15,373 bases of DNA from an archaeon (GCA_024275415.1 JAJRZD010000001.1:1-15373); one strand, 5' to 3'; positions 6,934-15,373 are shown, counted from the stretch's first letter. Notes: generated by a model from the letters alone, not told the origin. Numbers and translations are program-made.

Positions 6934-8115
6934 TCATTGATTCTTACGCTTTAAGATAGTGATTTGCGCTTCTTCAACGGCATGTTCGTATAGGGCATGG
7001 TCGATGGTTATGTCGATTTCTTTCAGTAAATCAAGGTTGGGTTCAAATGACCGACAACCCACCCCCAACGCGCAACTGTCTAGTCCCTCACCCACGAACT
7101 GGCAGATACCAATCTCCTTTGCCAGTCGTGCGACCTCTGTATTGTCCTCGCCTGCAAGGGGCATGAAAATAGGATAGTCGGTTACAGCAGAGCTGACCGC
7201 CATTAGGTTCGCGGTCGTTTGAGATGGTTGCTCGCCAATAATATCTCCTGTGACAATGGCATCCGCGCCTTCACGGATTGCCACTTCTCGTGCCAAACGC
7301 AGCATGCTTCGCTTGCACATGATGCACATGATGTCTTCAGGAGCGTGTTGCATAATCTCAGCAAGGATACGTTCGTGTGGAATGATGTAGAGTTTGATAT
7401 CGAAGTTGTGGATATACTCTGATAGCGTGGTTGCCTGTTTGATGGCAGGGTCTCTGCATCTCCCTTCAACAGGATGGGTAGTACAGAAATACAGAAAGAT
7501 CGGAATGACTCCTCGCTTCATCACCTTGAAAGCAGCGACAGCGGAGTCAAGCCCAGCAGAAATCAGACAGATTGCCTTACCCTGTGTGCCCGTCGGCATC
7601 CCACCAATACCAGAGATTGTCTTTGTCAGGATGTACGCCTTATCATTCCGAACCTCCACATAGATCGATTGCTCAGGGTTTGTCAGGTCGACCTTCAATT
7701 GGAGTTCGGTAAATATCTTGGCGCCCAGTCCCTCTCGCACTTGCTGGCTGGTGTACGGATGAGTCCCTACCCTTCGAGCCCCAACTGCAAATGTCAAACC
7801 TGGCTTGAACTCATCCTTAGCAATCTCAAACCCGGTATTGATGATTTCCTCAAGGTCTGAGGAAGTAACAACCACGGGAGATGTTGAAACAATACCGAAT
7901 ATACGCGAAGCAACTTTTGCTGCATCAAATGGCGCATCAGTTTCTATGAAGACACGTCCATACTCCTTGATTATCCTCGCATAAGGAACCTCTTTCTCCT
8001 TCAATGCAGTCTTGAGGTGTCTAATCAACAGATTGACCATAGATCTTCGAGTCTGGTCTGACTTAATAGCTATCTCTCCATATCGGAGCAACACAGCGGA
8101 GTATGTGTATGTCAT
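6934..8115 (-). CDS. thiI: ThiI-family protein (THUMP + PP-loop; tRNA 4-thiouridine synthase-like), no rhodanese domain, divergent active-site motifs
   Basis: LLRYGEIAIKS N-terminus; THUMP TFAVGARRVGTHPYTSQ...KVDLTNPE..IYVEVR; GIGGMPTGTQGKAICLISAGLDSAVAA..VMKRG; CIMCKRSM (CxxC); VTGDIIGEQPSQT. The start is set at ATG 8115 (MTYTYSAVLLRYGEI) rather than 8160. Confidence 0.85.
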   Translation of the reverse strand: MTYTYSAVLLRYGEIAIKSDQTRRSMVNLLIRHLKTALKEKEVPYARIIKEYGRVFIETDAPFDAAKVASRIFGIVSTSPVVVTSSDLEEIINTGFEIAKDEFKPGLTFAVGARRVGTHPYTSQQVREGLGAKIFTELQLKVDLTNPEQSIYVEVRNDKAYILTKTISGIGGMPTGTQGKAICLISAGLDSAVAAFKVMKRGVIPIFLYFCTTHPVEGRCRDPAIKQATTLSEYIHNFDIKLYIIPHERILAEIMQHAPEDIMCIMCKRSMLRLAREVAIREGADAIVTGDIIGEQPSQTTANLMAVSSAVTDYPIFMPLAGEDNTEVARLAKEIGICQFVGEGLDSCALGVGCRSFEPNLDLLKEIDITIDHALYEHAVEEAQITILKRKNQ

Positions 8116-8241
8116 CTTGGTTTCAACATGCGTGTCCTGCAAATCGGCACAATTAACCATTATGCAATGGAAGCGTGTTCGCCGGTCTGGTACTGAAAAA
8201 GCCCAAATTTCTTAACTCGGAAAGAATTCAGTCAGGCAGCC

Positions 8242-10269
8242 ATGAGAGTTCTAGGAATCGATGTCGGAGGTACATTCACGGATCTGATACTGGTAGACAC
8301 AAACACTGGCGAAGAAACAATTCACAAGTTAGCTACAACTCCATCCCAGCAAGAAAAATCAGTCATTCAAGGAATAGAAGAACTCCTTAACAGAATTAGT
8401 ATGTCCCCCTCAGAAATCGATATTATCATTCACGGGACAACTGTAGCAACCAATGCGATGATTGAGAGAAAAGGCGCAAGAGTATGTCTAGTCACGACAA
8501 GGGGTATCGAGGATGTCCTAGAGATTGGTAGGCAGAACCGAGAAGAGATATACGACCTGTTCGCACGGCGTCCTGGGCCGCTGGTTGCTAGACAGAACAG
8601 AGTGGGGGTTGATGAGCGGATCAATTGGAGAGGGAATGTAGTCGTACCTCTTGAAACAAGAGAGGTATCTCGAGTCATTGACAGCTTGAAGAAAATGAAC
8701 CCAGAGGCAGTGGCGATATCGTTGCTGTTCTCTTTCATGAACCCAAAACACGAAAAGCAGCTCGCAAAGGGAATACGAGGGTCTCTCAGATCATACGTAG
8801 CAGTTTCATATGAGGTCTTACCAGAATATCGAGAATTCGAGAGGACATCGACGACAGTACTTGAAGCATATTTGGGACCGGTCATTCTAGGATACTTGGA
8901 AAGACTAGACCAGTCGCTCACCAAAATCGCTCCTGCCGCAAGATTGAATGTCATGCAATCAAACGGGGGGACAGTCAGATGCTCGAATATCAGTGGTCGA
9001 ACAATTGGTCTGGCAATCTCAGGTCTGGCGGGTGGCGTCATTGGTGGGTGGGAAACTGCTAGACAGAATGACATTAAGAAAGCGCTCACACTTGATATGG
9101 GAGGAACCAGCTGTGACATCTCGGCGCTACATGGTGGCATCAAAGTGCGACCTGATAATGAGATTGCGGGATTTCCACTTCGATTCCCTTCAGTGGATGT
9201 GAAAACGATAGGTGCTGGGGGTGGGAGTATAGCATGGATCGATGACGCAGAAATTCTTCACGTGGGCCCCCAGAGCGCAGGAGCAGTACCTGGGCCTGTG
9301 TCCTATGGCTTGGGCGGAACAGAACCTACAGTCACAGATGCCAATCTGGTCATGGGAAGATTGAGTCCCGGTTATTTTGCTGGGGGAAGCATCGCATTAG
9401 ATGATGATTTAGCAAAGAGGGCAATCCACAACATCGGTAAGCGGTTAGGCCTTTCCAAAAGGAACACAGCACTAGGAATTATCAAAATATCGACAGCCAA
9501 CATGGTACAAGCCATCAGAGAAATTACAATTGAGAAAGGGATGGATCCAAGAGAATTCACTCTGATCCCGTTTGGAGGAGCAGGTCCTACTCAAGCTGTT
9601 GACATTGCTGAGAGCTTGGGAATTGGCCAGATTCTTATCCCTCGTTATCCAGGGATAACCTCAGCAATGGGACTGGTACATGCGGATCTCCGAGTTGATA
9701 TGATGCGCTCGGTAATGCTGAAGGCAACCGAGAATGACCAGAGATTGCTGCTAAGCACTTTTGAGTCTTTGATAAAAGATGCACAACAAGCCCTAATCGA
9801 ACAAGGTGCGGACGAAAAGAACATCCATATCCAGCAGGAAGTTGATATGCGATACCAAGGACAATCTCACGAGATTCCAATCGATATCCCTCCACATATA
9901 ACAGGTTACCCCGAGGTGACAAGAAACCTTTTCGAAACAGAGCATAAGAATCGTTTTGGGTATCTGCTCAAAGATAGAGAAATCGAATGGGTCACTGCAA
10001 GAGTTGTTGCACTTGCCACAGATTCTCGTGCTAATGCAGAGGCACCAGCAATATTCGAATTCACTGAGTCTGATGAAAGAGAGGTCATAATGCCAGATGG
10101 TGAGGTTATACCAGTCCAAATCTATCGACGCGTAAGTATACCTATTGACAGGCAAATGAAAGGCCCTTTGATCATTGAACAGGTAGACACAACGACTTGG
10201 GTCGGGCAGGGATGGTCGCTAAAGAGGACGAGGAGCGATGTACTCTGGTTAAGGAGGGGAGGACATTGA
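8242..10269 (+). CDS. hyuA: Hydantoinase/oxoprolinase family, subunit A (ATP-binding; N-methylhydantoinase A / 5-oxoprolinase-like)
   Basis: GIDVGGTFTD, HGTTVATNA..ERKG, REFERTSTTV, MQSNGG, DMGGTS, GAGGGSIAW, GPQSAGAVPGP, PTVTDAN, FGGAGP, DMRYQGQ, GPLIIEQ motifs. Confidence 0.95.
   Translation: MRVLGIDVGGTFTDLILVDTNTGEETIHKLATTPSQQEKSVIQGIEELLNRISMSPSEIDIIIHGTTVATNAMIERKGARVCLVTTRGIEDVLEIGRQNREEIYDLFARRPGPLVARQNRVGVDERINWRGNVVVPLETREVSRVIDSLKKMNPEAVAISLLFSFMNPKHEKQLAKGIRGSLRSYVAVSYEVLPEYREFERTSTTVLEAYLGPVILGYLERLDQSLTKIAPAARLNVMQSNGGTVRCSNISGRTIGLAISGLAGGVIGGWETARQNDIKKALTLDMGGTSCDISALHGGIKVRPDNEIAGFPLRFPSVDVKTIGAGGGSIAWIDDAEILHVGPQSAGAVPGPVSYGLGGTEPTVTDANLVMGRLSPGYFAGGSIALDDDLAKRAIHNIGKRLGLSKRNTALGIIKISTANMVQAIREITIEKGMDPREFTLIPFGGAGPTQAVDIAESLGIGQILIPRYPGITSAMGLVHADLRVDMMRSVMLKATENDQRLLLSTFESLIKDAQQALIEQGADEKNIHIQQEVDMRYQGQSHEIPIDIPPHITGYPEVTRNLFETEHKNRFGYLLKDREIEWVTARVVALATDSRANAEAPAIFEFTESDEREVIMPDGEVIPVQIYRRVSIPIDRQMKGPLIIEQVDTTTWVGQGWSLKRTRSDVLWLRRGGH
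10253..10269 (+). promoter_or_regulatory. Shine-Dalgarno site (GGAGGGGAGG) and TTGA start/stop overlap coupling hyuA to hyuB
   Basis: aaggagggga ggaca TTGA: TTG at 10266 overlaps the hyuA stop TGA at 10267-10269. Confidence 0.7.
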
Positions 10270-11852
10270 TAGAAGATCCAATCATTTTCGAAGTGATAAA
10301 GAACTCGCTGATTTCAGCGGCCAGAGAAATGAGCGTAGCGCTAAGAAAGGCTGCGTTCAGTCCAAATATAAAGGAACGCAGGGACTGTAGTTGCGCAATC
10401 TTTGATGCTGGGGGAAAACTGGTCGCTCAGTCAAAGGACATCCCAGTCCATCTTGGTGCTATGCCCCTATCTGTGAGAGCATGCATTGATGATTTGGGAG
10501 GTAGATTGAAGGATGGAACCATGGCACTCCTCAACGACCCATATAGGGGAGGTAGTCATCTCCCGGATCTCACATTAGTATGTCCGGTCTTCATCCATGA
10601 GAAACTTGTTGGATTTGTTGCCAATAGAGCACATCACGCAGATGTGGGAGGGGCGAGTCCAGGATCCATGCCTGGCCTCTCGTTGAACATCAACGAAGAG
10701 GGAATTGTAATCTCTCCTCGCATTGTAATAGAGGAAAGGAATCTTCTCAAGGACAGAGTAAGAGACCTTCTTGAGGGAACCCGGACACCATATGAGAGGC
10801 TTGGAGACCTATCAGCACAGATGGCAGCCAACAATGTCGGTCGTGATAGACTAATCACAATAATGAAAGAACATTCTGTGGCCCGCGTGCTAGAAACCTT
10901 CAGGGGACTCCAGCAATACTCCAGAAGAAGAATGCTGAATGCGCTATCGCCATATATTGGAAAGACAGGAACCTACAAGGATGTCATGGAGAGCGACGGG
11001 GCAGGAAACTTTGACATCCCAATCAAGGTGTCGATAACAATAACCAAAAACGGTGCCAATATCTCATTCGCTGGGACATCCCGTCAGGTCAACGGCAACA
11101 TCAACTGTCCTCTAGCATCCACATTGTCAGCGGTGTACTATGTGTTCATCGCAGTCTTTGGAAAAGGCATCCCTACGAATGAGGGGTGCTGGAGCTGTTT
11201 AGACATAGAAGTGCCTAACAGTTCACTCCTCAACCCAGTCTATCCTGCACCTGTTTCAGCGGGGAATGTGGAAACCTCCCAGCGGGTCGTTGATGTTGTC
11301 CTTGCTAGCCTATACGAGATTGTGCCTGAGATGATTCCTGCCAATAGTCAAGGAACCATGAATAACTTGACCATCGGCGGTGTGGATCCGAGGTCGAACA
11401 AGCCATTCACATTCTACGAAACAATCGGTGGTGGTGCAGGTGCCGGGTATGGGATATATGGAACAAGCGGCGTTCACAGCCATATGACAAATACGTTGAA
11501 CACGCCTATCGAATCATTGGAAAGCGAATATCCGGTGCGGGTCATTTCATACTCGTTAAGAGAAAATACTGGCGGACATGGGAGATGGAATGGTGGTGAC
11601 GGGATAATCAGAGAGATTGAGATTCTGGCAGACGATTGTATTGTTTCCATTCAGTCAGAACGCAGAAAGACAGCACCAAGAGGACTTGCTGGAGGAAAGA
11701 ATGGAAAAATAGGAGTGAATAAGATGCTGTATCATGGAGAGGAGTACATCTTACAATCAAAGACGACAGTCAAGACGCTCCACGGAGCGACCATCAGAAT
11801 CGAAACTCCTGGAGGGGGCGGATGGGGAGTTCCGCCCAATCAGGCTGACTAG
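10266..11852 (+). CDS. hyuB: Hydantoinase B/oxoprolinase family subunit (metal-binding catalytic subunit)
   Basis: DPIIFEVIKN, AFSPNIKERRDCSCAIFD, IPVHLG, NDPYRGGSHLPD, RAHHADVGG, NVETSQR, QGTMNN, YETIGGGAGA, HMTNTLNTPIE, GGHGRWNGGDG, ETPGGGGWG. The start was moved from 10197 to TTG 10266 because of the SD site and the overlap. Confidence 0.95.
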   Translation: MIEDPIIFEVIKNSLISAAREMSVALRKAAFSPNIKERRDCSCAIFDAGGKLVAQSKDIPVHLGAMPLSVRACIDDLGGRLKDGTMALLNDPYRGGSHLPDLTLVCPVFIHEKLVGFVANRAHHADVGGASPGSMPGLSLNINEEGIVISPRIVIEERNLLKDRVRDLLEGTRTPYERLGDLSAQMAANNVGRDRLITIMKEHSVARVLETFRGLQQYSRRRMLNALSPYIGKTGTYKDVMESDGAGNFDIPIKVSITITKNGANISFAGTSRQVNGNINCPLASTLSAVYYVFIAVFGKGIPTNEGCWSCLDIEVPNSSLLNPVYPAPVSAGNVETSQRVVDVVLASLYEIVPEMIPANSQGTMNNLTIGGVDPRSNKPFTFYETIGGGAGAGYGIYGTSGVHSHMTNTLNTPIESLESEYPVRVISYSLRENTGGHGRWNGGDGIIREIEILADDCIVSIQSERRKTAPRGLAGGKNGKIGVNKMLYHGEEYILQSKTTVKTLHGATIRIETPGGGGWGVPPNQAD

Positions 11853-12598
11853 CTTACCTTGAGAGCCACATTTCCGTTGACTGCGTTAATCCGTAGTATC
11901 TTCACCTTAGACCCGGAGGTAGCCTTGACATAGTAGGTCGGGACGTAGTACCCATTCAGCTGTGAGAACACAAGAGTGCGTTCTACAACTCGCTTCACAT
12001 CCTTAGGCACCTTCGAGGCATCCTTCACGATGCCCTTGAGTATTTTCTCCAGAGAGTTGAACTTGCCCGGAGACACCTTTACTTTCCGTATCCATGCAGG
12101 AGTGGCTTTCTTCTTCCCGGCTCCTTTCAGCATGGATTCGAGACTTCGGGCAGGAAATCCAGTGGACCCATCGAGGATATGAGATATGGGAGTTTCGGTT
12201 TCATACATCTCAATGATATCCAAGAATATCGCTTTCCCAGGAACGTCCTTCCCTTTCTTGGGGAGGAACACTTCCTTTCCTACAAGAGCGCCTTTCAATT
12301 GCTCATAGACCCCGATCTCCTGCTTTCTCAGAGTTAGGTACGTCATCTTCATTGTTGCTTCGTAGATGCTATAGAAATCGTACTTTAGCGTTGGTTTTCC
12401 AGTCTTTATGCTGTCAACAGGAACGTCCATGATCTCCGAGGCGGTTTTAGCTGCGAGTTTGGCTGCCTTTTCGGGTTTCACTTTCTCGACAAAGAAGAAC
12501 AGCTTCTTCTTCTTGGCATCAACCTTGATTTTTGCATCTGCTCCGGTAATCTTGAACTTCGAAGCAGACAATGTGGGTTTACTCTTTTTTTTCGCCAT
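11849..12598 (-). CDS. Lysine-rich hypothetical protein (249 aa)
   Basis: Long ORF with ATG start, coherent composition (about 45 Lys, 18%, by manual count) and a clean convergent junction with hyuB. No family was recognised with confidence. Confidence 0.8.
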   Translation of the reverse strand: MAKKKSKPTLSASKFKITGADAKIKVDAKKKKLFFFVEKVKPEKAAKLAAKTASEIMDVPVDSIKTGKPTLKYDFYSIYEATMKMTYLTLRKQEIGVYEQLKGALVGKEVFLPKKGKDVPGKAIFLDIIEMYETETPISHILDGSTGFPARSLESMLKGAGKKKATPAWIRKVKVSPGKFNSLEKILKGIVKDASKVPKDVKRVVERTLVFSQLNGYYVPTYYVKATSGSKVKILRINAVNGNVALKVS

Positions 12599-12690
12599 TG
12601 AAAATCCCTTTTAGAGAAAGGATACTTATTCCCTTATTTTATTTGCCTGCCTTTTGTCATCTCTATGTACAAGAGGGAGCCCATGACACC

Positions 12691-12712
12691 AAAAACATTC
12701 AGAGAGTCTGAA
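12691..12712 (-). terminator. Hairpin plus U-tract, putative terminator of the tandem-HTH gene
   Basis: Minus strand reads TTCAGA-ctc-TCTGAA-tg-TTTTT, about 33 nt after the stop at 12745. Confidence 0.45.
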
Positions 12713-12744
12713 GAGGGATAGACTGTTGTAGTGCGAAGGACATT

Positions 12745-13410
12745 CTACAGTTTCATCAGGACTTTCTCTTTTGTCAGGGGAATTTCTCGGTTCATATCTA
12801 AATAACGTCGTTTGAGAACATAGGTCATTCTTGATGCATCAAGCTGATATAGGTCACGTCGTTCTGTCTTGAATAGTTCGGTTCCTATAAGATTGAACTC
12901 GTGCTTTGCTAGGGTTTCTTGAACATTCATGATAAGTCGTATCGCTCGTTCTACTGTTCTTCGATTGATCCCTGTCCTTATGCTCAGCTCCCGTATTGAG
13001 ATTTCATCACGATACCGTAGTGCCAAAGTCACTCGACGCAATGCTTCTCCAAGAGATGTTCGACCTTTACGTTCTATGCCTACGAGTTCTTGCACAGTTT
13101 TAGTGTCAAAGTCCAGCTTGTCAGTAGTGAAGAACTTGGAAGTAAGAAACCAATCCGCAACAGTTTGAGGAAGTTTTGTGATTCTTACACGGAGATCAAG
13201 AACAACAAGTTTCATTCTTGGCGAATCGATGACCATTAATTCATATGCATCACAGAAGTCTTGCAGCGATATCACGGTGTTAACTGCTCGGTCTACAAGT
13301 TTCCAACTCAAATTGAACTTCTTGGCGATCTTATTAATGGAGTTAGGCTCTCCGTTTTCTAGACTCAAGAGGCACTCAACCGCTCGTTCAACTGAATAAC
13401 GCTTGCTCAT
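12745..13410 (-). CDS. Putative DNA-binding protein with two internally duplicated (w)HTH domains
   Basis: SINKIAKKFNLSWKLVDRAV and SIRELSIRTGINRRTVERAI are both classic helix-turn-helix patterns in matching sequence contexts. Confidence 0.75.
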   Translation of the reverse strand: MSKRYSVERAVECLLSLENGEPNSINKIAKKFNLSWKLVDRAVNTVISLQDFCDAYELMVIDSPRMKLVVLDLRVRITKLPQTVADWFLTSKFFTTDKLDFDTKTVQELVGIERKGRTSLGEALRRVTLALRYRDEISIRELSIRTGINRRTVERAIRLIMNVQETLAKHEFNLIGTELFKTERRDLYQLDASRMTYVLKRRYLDMNREIPLTKEKVLMKL

Positions 13411-13460
13411 ATTGTGGCACCGACTTGATGCAGATAATCATGTAATACCTTGAAAATGCC

Positions 13461-13516
13461 GTAAAAGTATAAGTATATTTCCCTATAAAGAACATAGTTT
13501 GTACTATTATACATAA
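13461..13516. promoter_or_regulatory. AT-rich divergent promoter region with AAGTAT direct repeat (13465-13476) and ATAGT-N4-ACTAT inverted repeat (13494-13507)
   Basis: 128-nt AT-rich gap between divergent starts 13410 and 13539, with several TATA-like boxes (AGTATAT, CTATAAAG, TTATACATAA). Confidence 0.4.
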
Positions 13517-13538
13517 CACTGATAAAGAGCCTTCCAAA

Positions 13539-13787
13539 GTGAGTGATGTGGTAATCTCAGAGGACGATATCAGTCTCCTGAAATGCCTTTATGATCATGG
13601 CATCTTTGGGAAACATCACTGGACACTTGTTACAATTCAAAAGGTGTGCCATGGCAATGTTAGAAAGGGCCTTCGAAAACGATTGAGGCGTTTGGAATCT
13701 AGAAAATTTGTGTGGTCGAAAGGAGCTGACCATTTCGCTGTTACACCTGAAGGTCGTGACTACTTGAGTTTGATTGGTGAAATTTGA
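13539..13787 (+). CDS. Small basic winged-helix-like hypothetical protein (82 aa)
   Basis: GTG start. The pattern EDDISLLKCLY...LRKRLRRLESRKFVWSKGADHFAVTPEGRDYL is typical of a wHTH recognition helix plus wing (L..L...GFV....y.vT.eG..yL). Confidence 0.65.
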   Translation: MSDVVISEDDISLLKCLYDHGIFGKHHWTLVTIQKVCHGNVRKGLRKRLRRLESRKFVWSKGADHFAVTPEGRDYLSLIGEI

Positions 13788-13882
13788 AGCTCTCCGAGAG
13801 TTGCCATTGATGCCCTTAGTTTGTAAGAAGGTGGATCCATCGCTGTAGGGAACATATCTTCATCGTATCTTTTGCCTGTTTA

Positions 13883-15373
13883 TCACTTGTGAGCAAAGGC
13901 TACTCGGATTATGTCTGAAGTGTCGAATACCCTTGCAAACCCGACACGTTCGAACTGAAGAAATGTGCCTTGAGATAGATTCGTGATGTAAGGCTCTGCA
14001 AGTCCATTCACAGTAGAGCCATCAATTGCTGTTAGTTCAACTGGCACACTATTAGCCTTTGGAACCCAATGAATTATCGGGCCTCCTACCTTTCGTACCT
14101 CATCCACATGCAGGCTGTGGAATTTGATACTGGGATCCTTGCCCTTATCAAGAGTAAAGTTCGCCAAATCCTTCAATCTGAACAATGCGCCATCCTTTAT
14201 TCGGTCATAATCCTTAGTAGGGATTCCCAGAATACGTGAGTGGTTCTCAAGTCCCAGTGGAATCCTCCTAGTCCCGCGATCCGGAAAATCCGGATGCACA
14301 GGCGCTTCAGTATATTCTATATCTTCTGGAAAATCGAGTAGACTGACCCATAGAGGGTCTTGGACAAAGAACACTCGAGGAGCATCTGCATCCCGCAGTT
14401 TTCTGTTCTCGGAATAGATCGATTTCATGGAGATGGAGATATCGACTATGCTCAGTCCAAGGTCAAGCATTGCCTTTCGTATGGCATCGGGATGAATACC
14501 TCTCCGTTCCAAGGACTGGAGGCTCCACGTACGAGGGTCGTCCCACCCAGAATAGACTCCGCTCAAGACTTCTTGCCTTGACTTGCTCTTACTCAGCTTT
14601 GCATCTTGGAATTTCAGTCGCCCATAGTAGATGAGTTCGGGATCCTTCCATCCATACAAATCCCAGATGAACTTCTCAATCTTGCCTTCCTTGACCAGAT
14701 CCTTCCCTCTGATGATGTGAGATACCCCGAGTTCATGGTCGTCGATGCCCCAAGAATATTCGAGGAGCGGCCAGACCCTGTACTTGGATCCCACCCGTGG
14801 ATGCTCGGTTTCAGATATCCTCAGGATCACATGATCCCTCATGGCTGGGTCAGGGTCAGTCATTCCTGTTTTCAGACGGACAGCAGCAGACCTCTCAGGA
14901 TAAGTCCCATCCAGCATCTTCTCCCAGCGTGCAATGTTCTCATCTACTGACAAGGATCGACATGCACATGCCTTTCCGGGAATCTTGTGTTCTTTACGCC
15001 AGACATTAGCATCACAGTCACAAACATACGCATGCCCCTTCTTCATCAGGTCAACAGCGTAGCGATAGAAGAGATCCATCCTGTCAGATTTGTAAACGAC
15101 CTCGTGGTATTCGACACCCAGATACTCCAGTCCCTGTGGAATGAGATCGAATGCTTCTGGCTCGACCTGTTTCTCAGCCGAGCCTATGGTGTCGTCAAAC
15201 ACCAAGATGAGATTTCCATTGTAACGTTTGACATAATAATCGTTCAGTATGACCATCCTCGCATTCCCTATGTGAAGAGGGCCCGATGGGAACGGAGCTA
15301 GACGCATGACGACCTTGTCCCACTTTTCCAAATTGGGGAGGTCGGGCATCTCCTTTTCTACGGCGGGCTCGGA
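13883..15373 (-). CDS. gltX: Glutamate--tRNA ligase, archaeal type (5' end beyond the right window edge)
   Basis: RLAPFPSGPLHIGNAR (HIGH), YVCDC...CACR zinc site, RLKTGMTDPDPAMRD, YRVWP, IDDHELGVSHIIRGKD, KLSKS (KMSKS), GWDDPR. The frame stays open upstream of ATG 15349 (SEPAVEKE) to the edge, and archaeal GluRS has an additional N-terminal domain. Confidence 0.97.
   Translation of the reverse strand, partial: SEPAVEKEMPDLPNLEKWDKVVMRLAPFPSGPLHIGNARMVILNDYYVKRYNGNLILVFDDTIGSAEKQVEPEAFDLIPQGLEYLGVEYHEVVYKSDRMDLFYRYAVDLMKKGHAYVCDCDANVWRKEHKIPGKACACRSLSVDENIARWEKMLDGTYPERSAAVRLKTGMTDPDPAMRDHVILRISETEHPRVGSKYRVWPLLEYSWGIDDHELGVSHIIRGKDLVKEGKIEKFIWDLYGWKDPELIYYGRLKFQDAKLSKSKSRQEVLSGVYSGWDDPRTWSLQSLERRGIHPDAIRKAMLDLGLSIVDISISMKSIYSENRKLRDADAPRVFFVQDPLWVSLLDFPEDIEYTEAPVHPDFPDRGTRRIPLGLENHSRILGIPTKDYDRIKDGALFRLKDLANFTLDKGKDPSIKFHSLHVDEVRKVGGPIIHWVPKANSVPVELTAIDGSTVNGLAEPYITNLSQGTFLQFERVGFARVFDTSDIIRVAFAHK

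Noticed and set aside
8116-8160. Extra 15 N-terminal residues of ThiI
   Set aside because: ThiI homologs start just before the LLRYGEI motif, so ATG 8115 fits better.
10197-10265. Longer N-terminus for hyuB proposed by the ORF track
   Set aside because: It overlaps the hyuA 3' end by 73 nt. The strong SD and TTGA overlap support TTG 10266, and family homology begins at DPIIFEV.
13790-13800. CTCTC-C-GAGAG palindrome after the 82-aa gene
   Set aside because: It is short, has a 1-nt loop and lacks supporting context, so it is likely chance.
12599-13882. Possible integrated mobile element
   Set aside because: No integrase, transposase, terminal inverted repeats, tRNA target or flanking direct repeats were seen.
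13883-15349. HIGN and KLSKS variants in GluRS
   Set aside because: These are within the normal variation of class I synthetase signature motifs.
15349-15373. ATG 15349 as the gltX start
   Set aside because: The frame is open to the window edge and archaeal GluRS has an N-terminal domain before this point, so the gene is truncated by the window.

Overview
Ordinary-looking archaeal chromosome segment of moderate GC. I infer an Asgard archaeon, most like Ca. Thorarchaeia, from the giant DUF2341/LamG surface-protein architecture and the archaeal histone; a BLAST of gltX would confirm or refute this. The left 5.6 kb is one uninterrupted minus-strand ORF (ATG at 5612, running off the left edge, over 1,870 aa) that the supplied ORF track missed because it has no stop in the window. 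It encodes a secreted, heavily N-glycosylatable surface protein with a DNRLRE-like domain, two DUF2341+LamG (ConA-like) modules and Ig-like repeats. Upstream on the same strand are a DUF2334/CE4-like deacetylase with degenerate metal ligands, an archaeal histone variant and a divergent ThiI. After these come a hydantoinase/oxoprolinase A+B pair (+), a Lys-rich hypothetical protein (-), a tandem-HTH protein (-) divergent from a small His-rich wHTH-like protein (+), and a 5'-truncated archaeal gltX (-). No rRNA, tRNA, CRISPR array or transposase was recognised. The best leads are the histone variant (basic N-terminal extension, L1 insertion lacking the stacking Gly, H49Y at the tetramer interface), lectin cassettes apparently nested inside beta-sandwich domains of the giant protein, and two adjacent enzymes (deacetylase, ThiI) with altered catalytic residues. 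All family assignments come from motif recognition by eye, not database searches.
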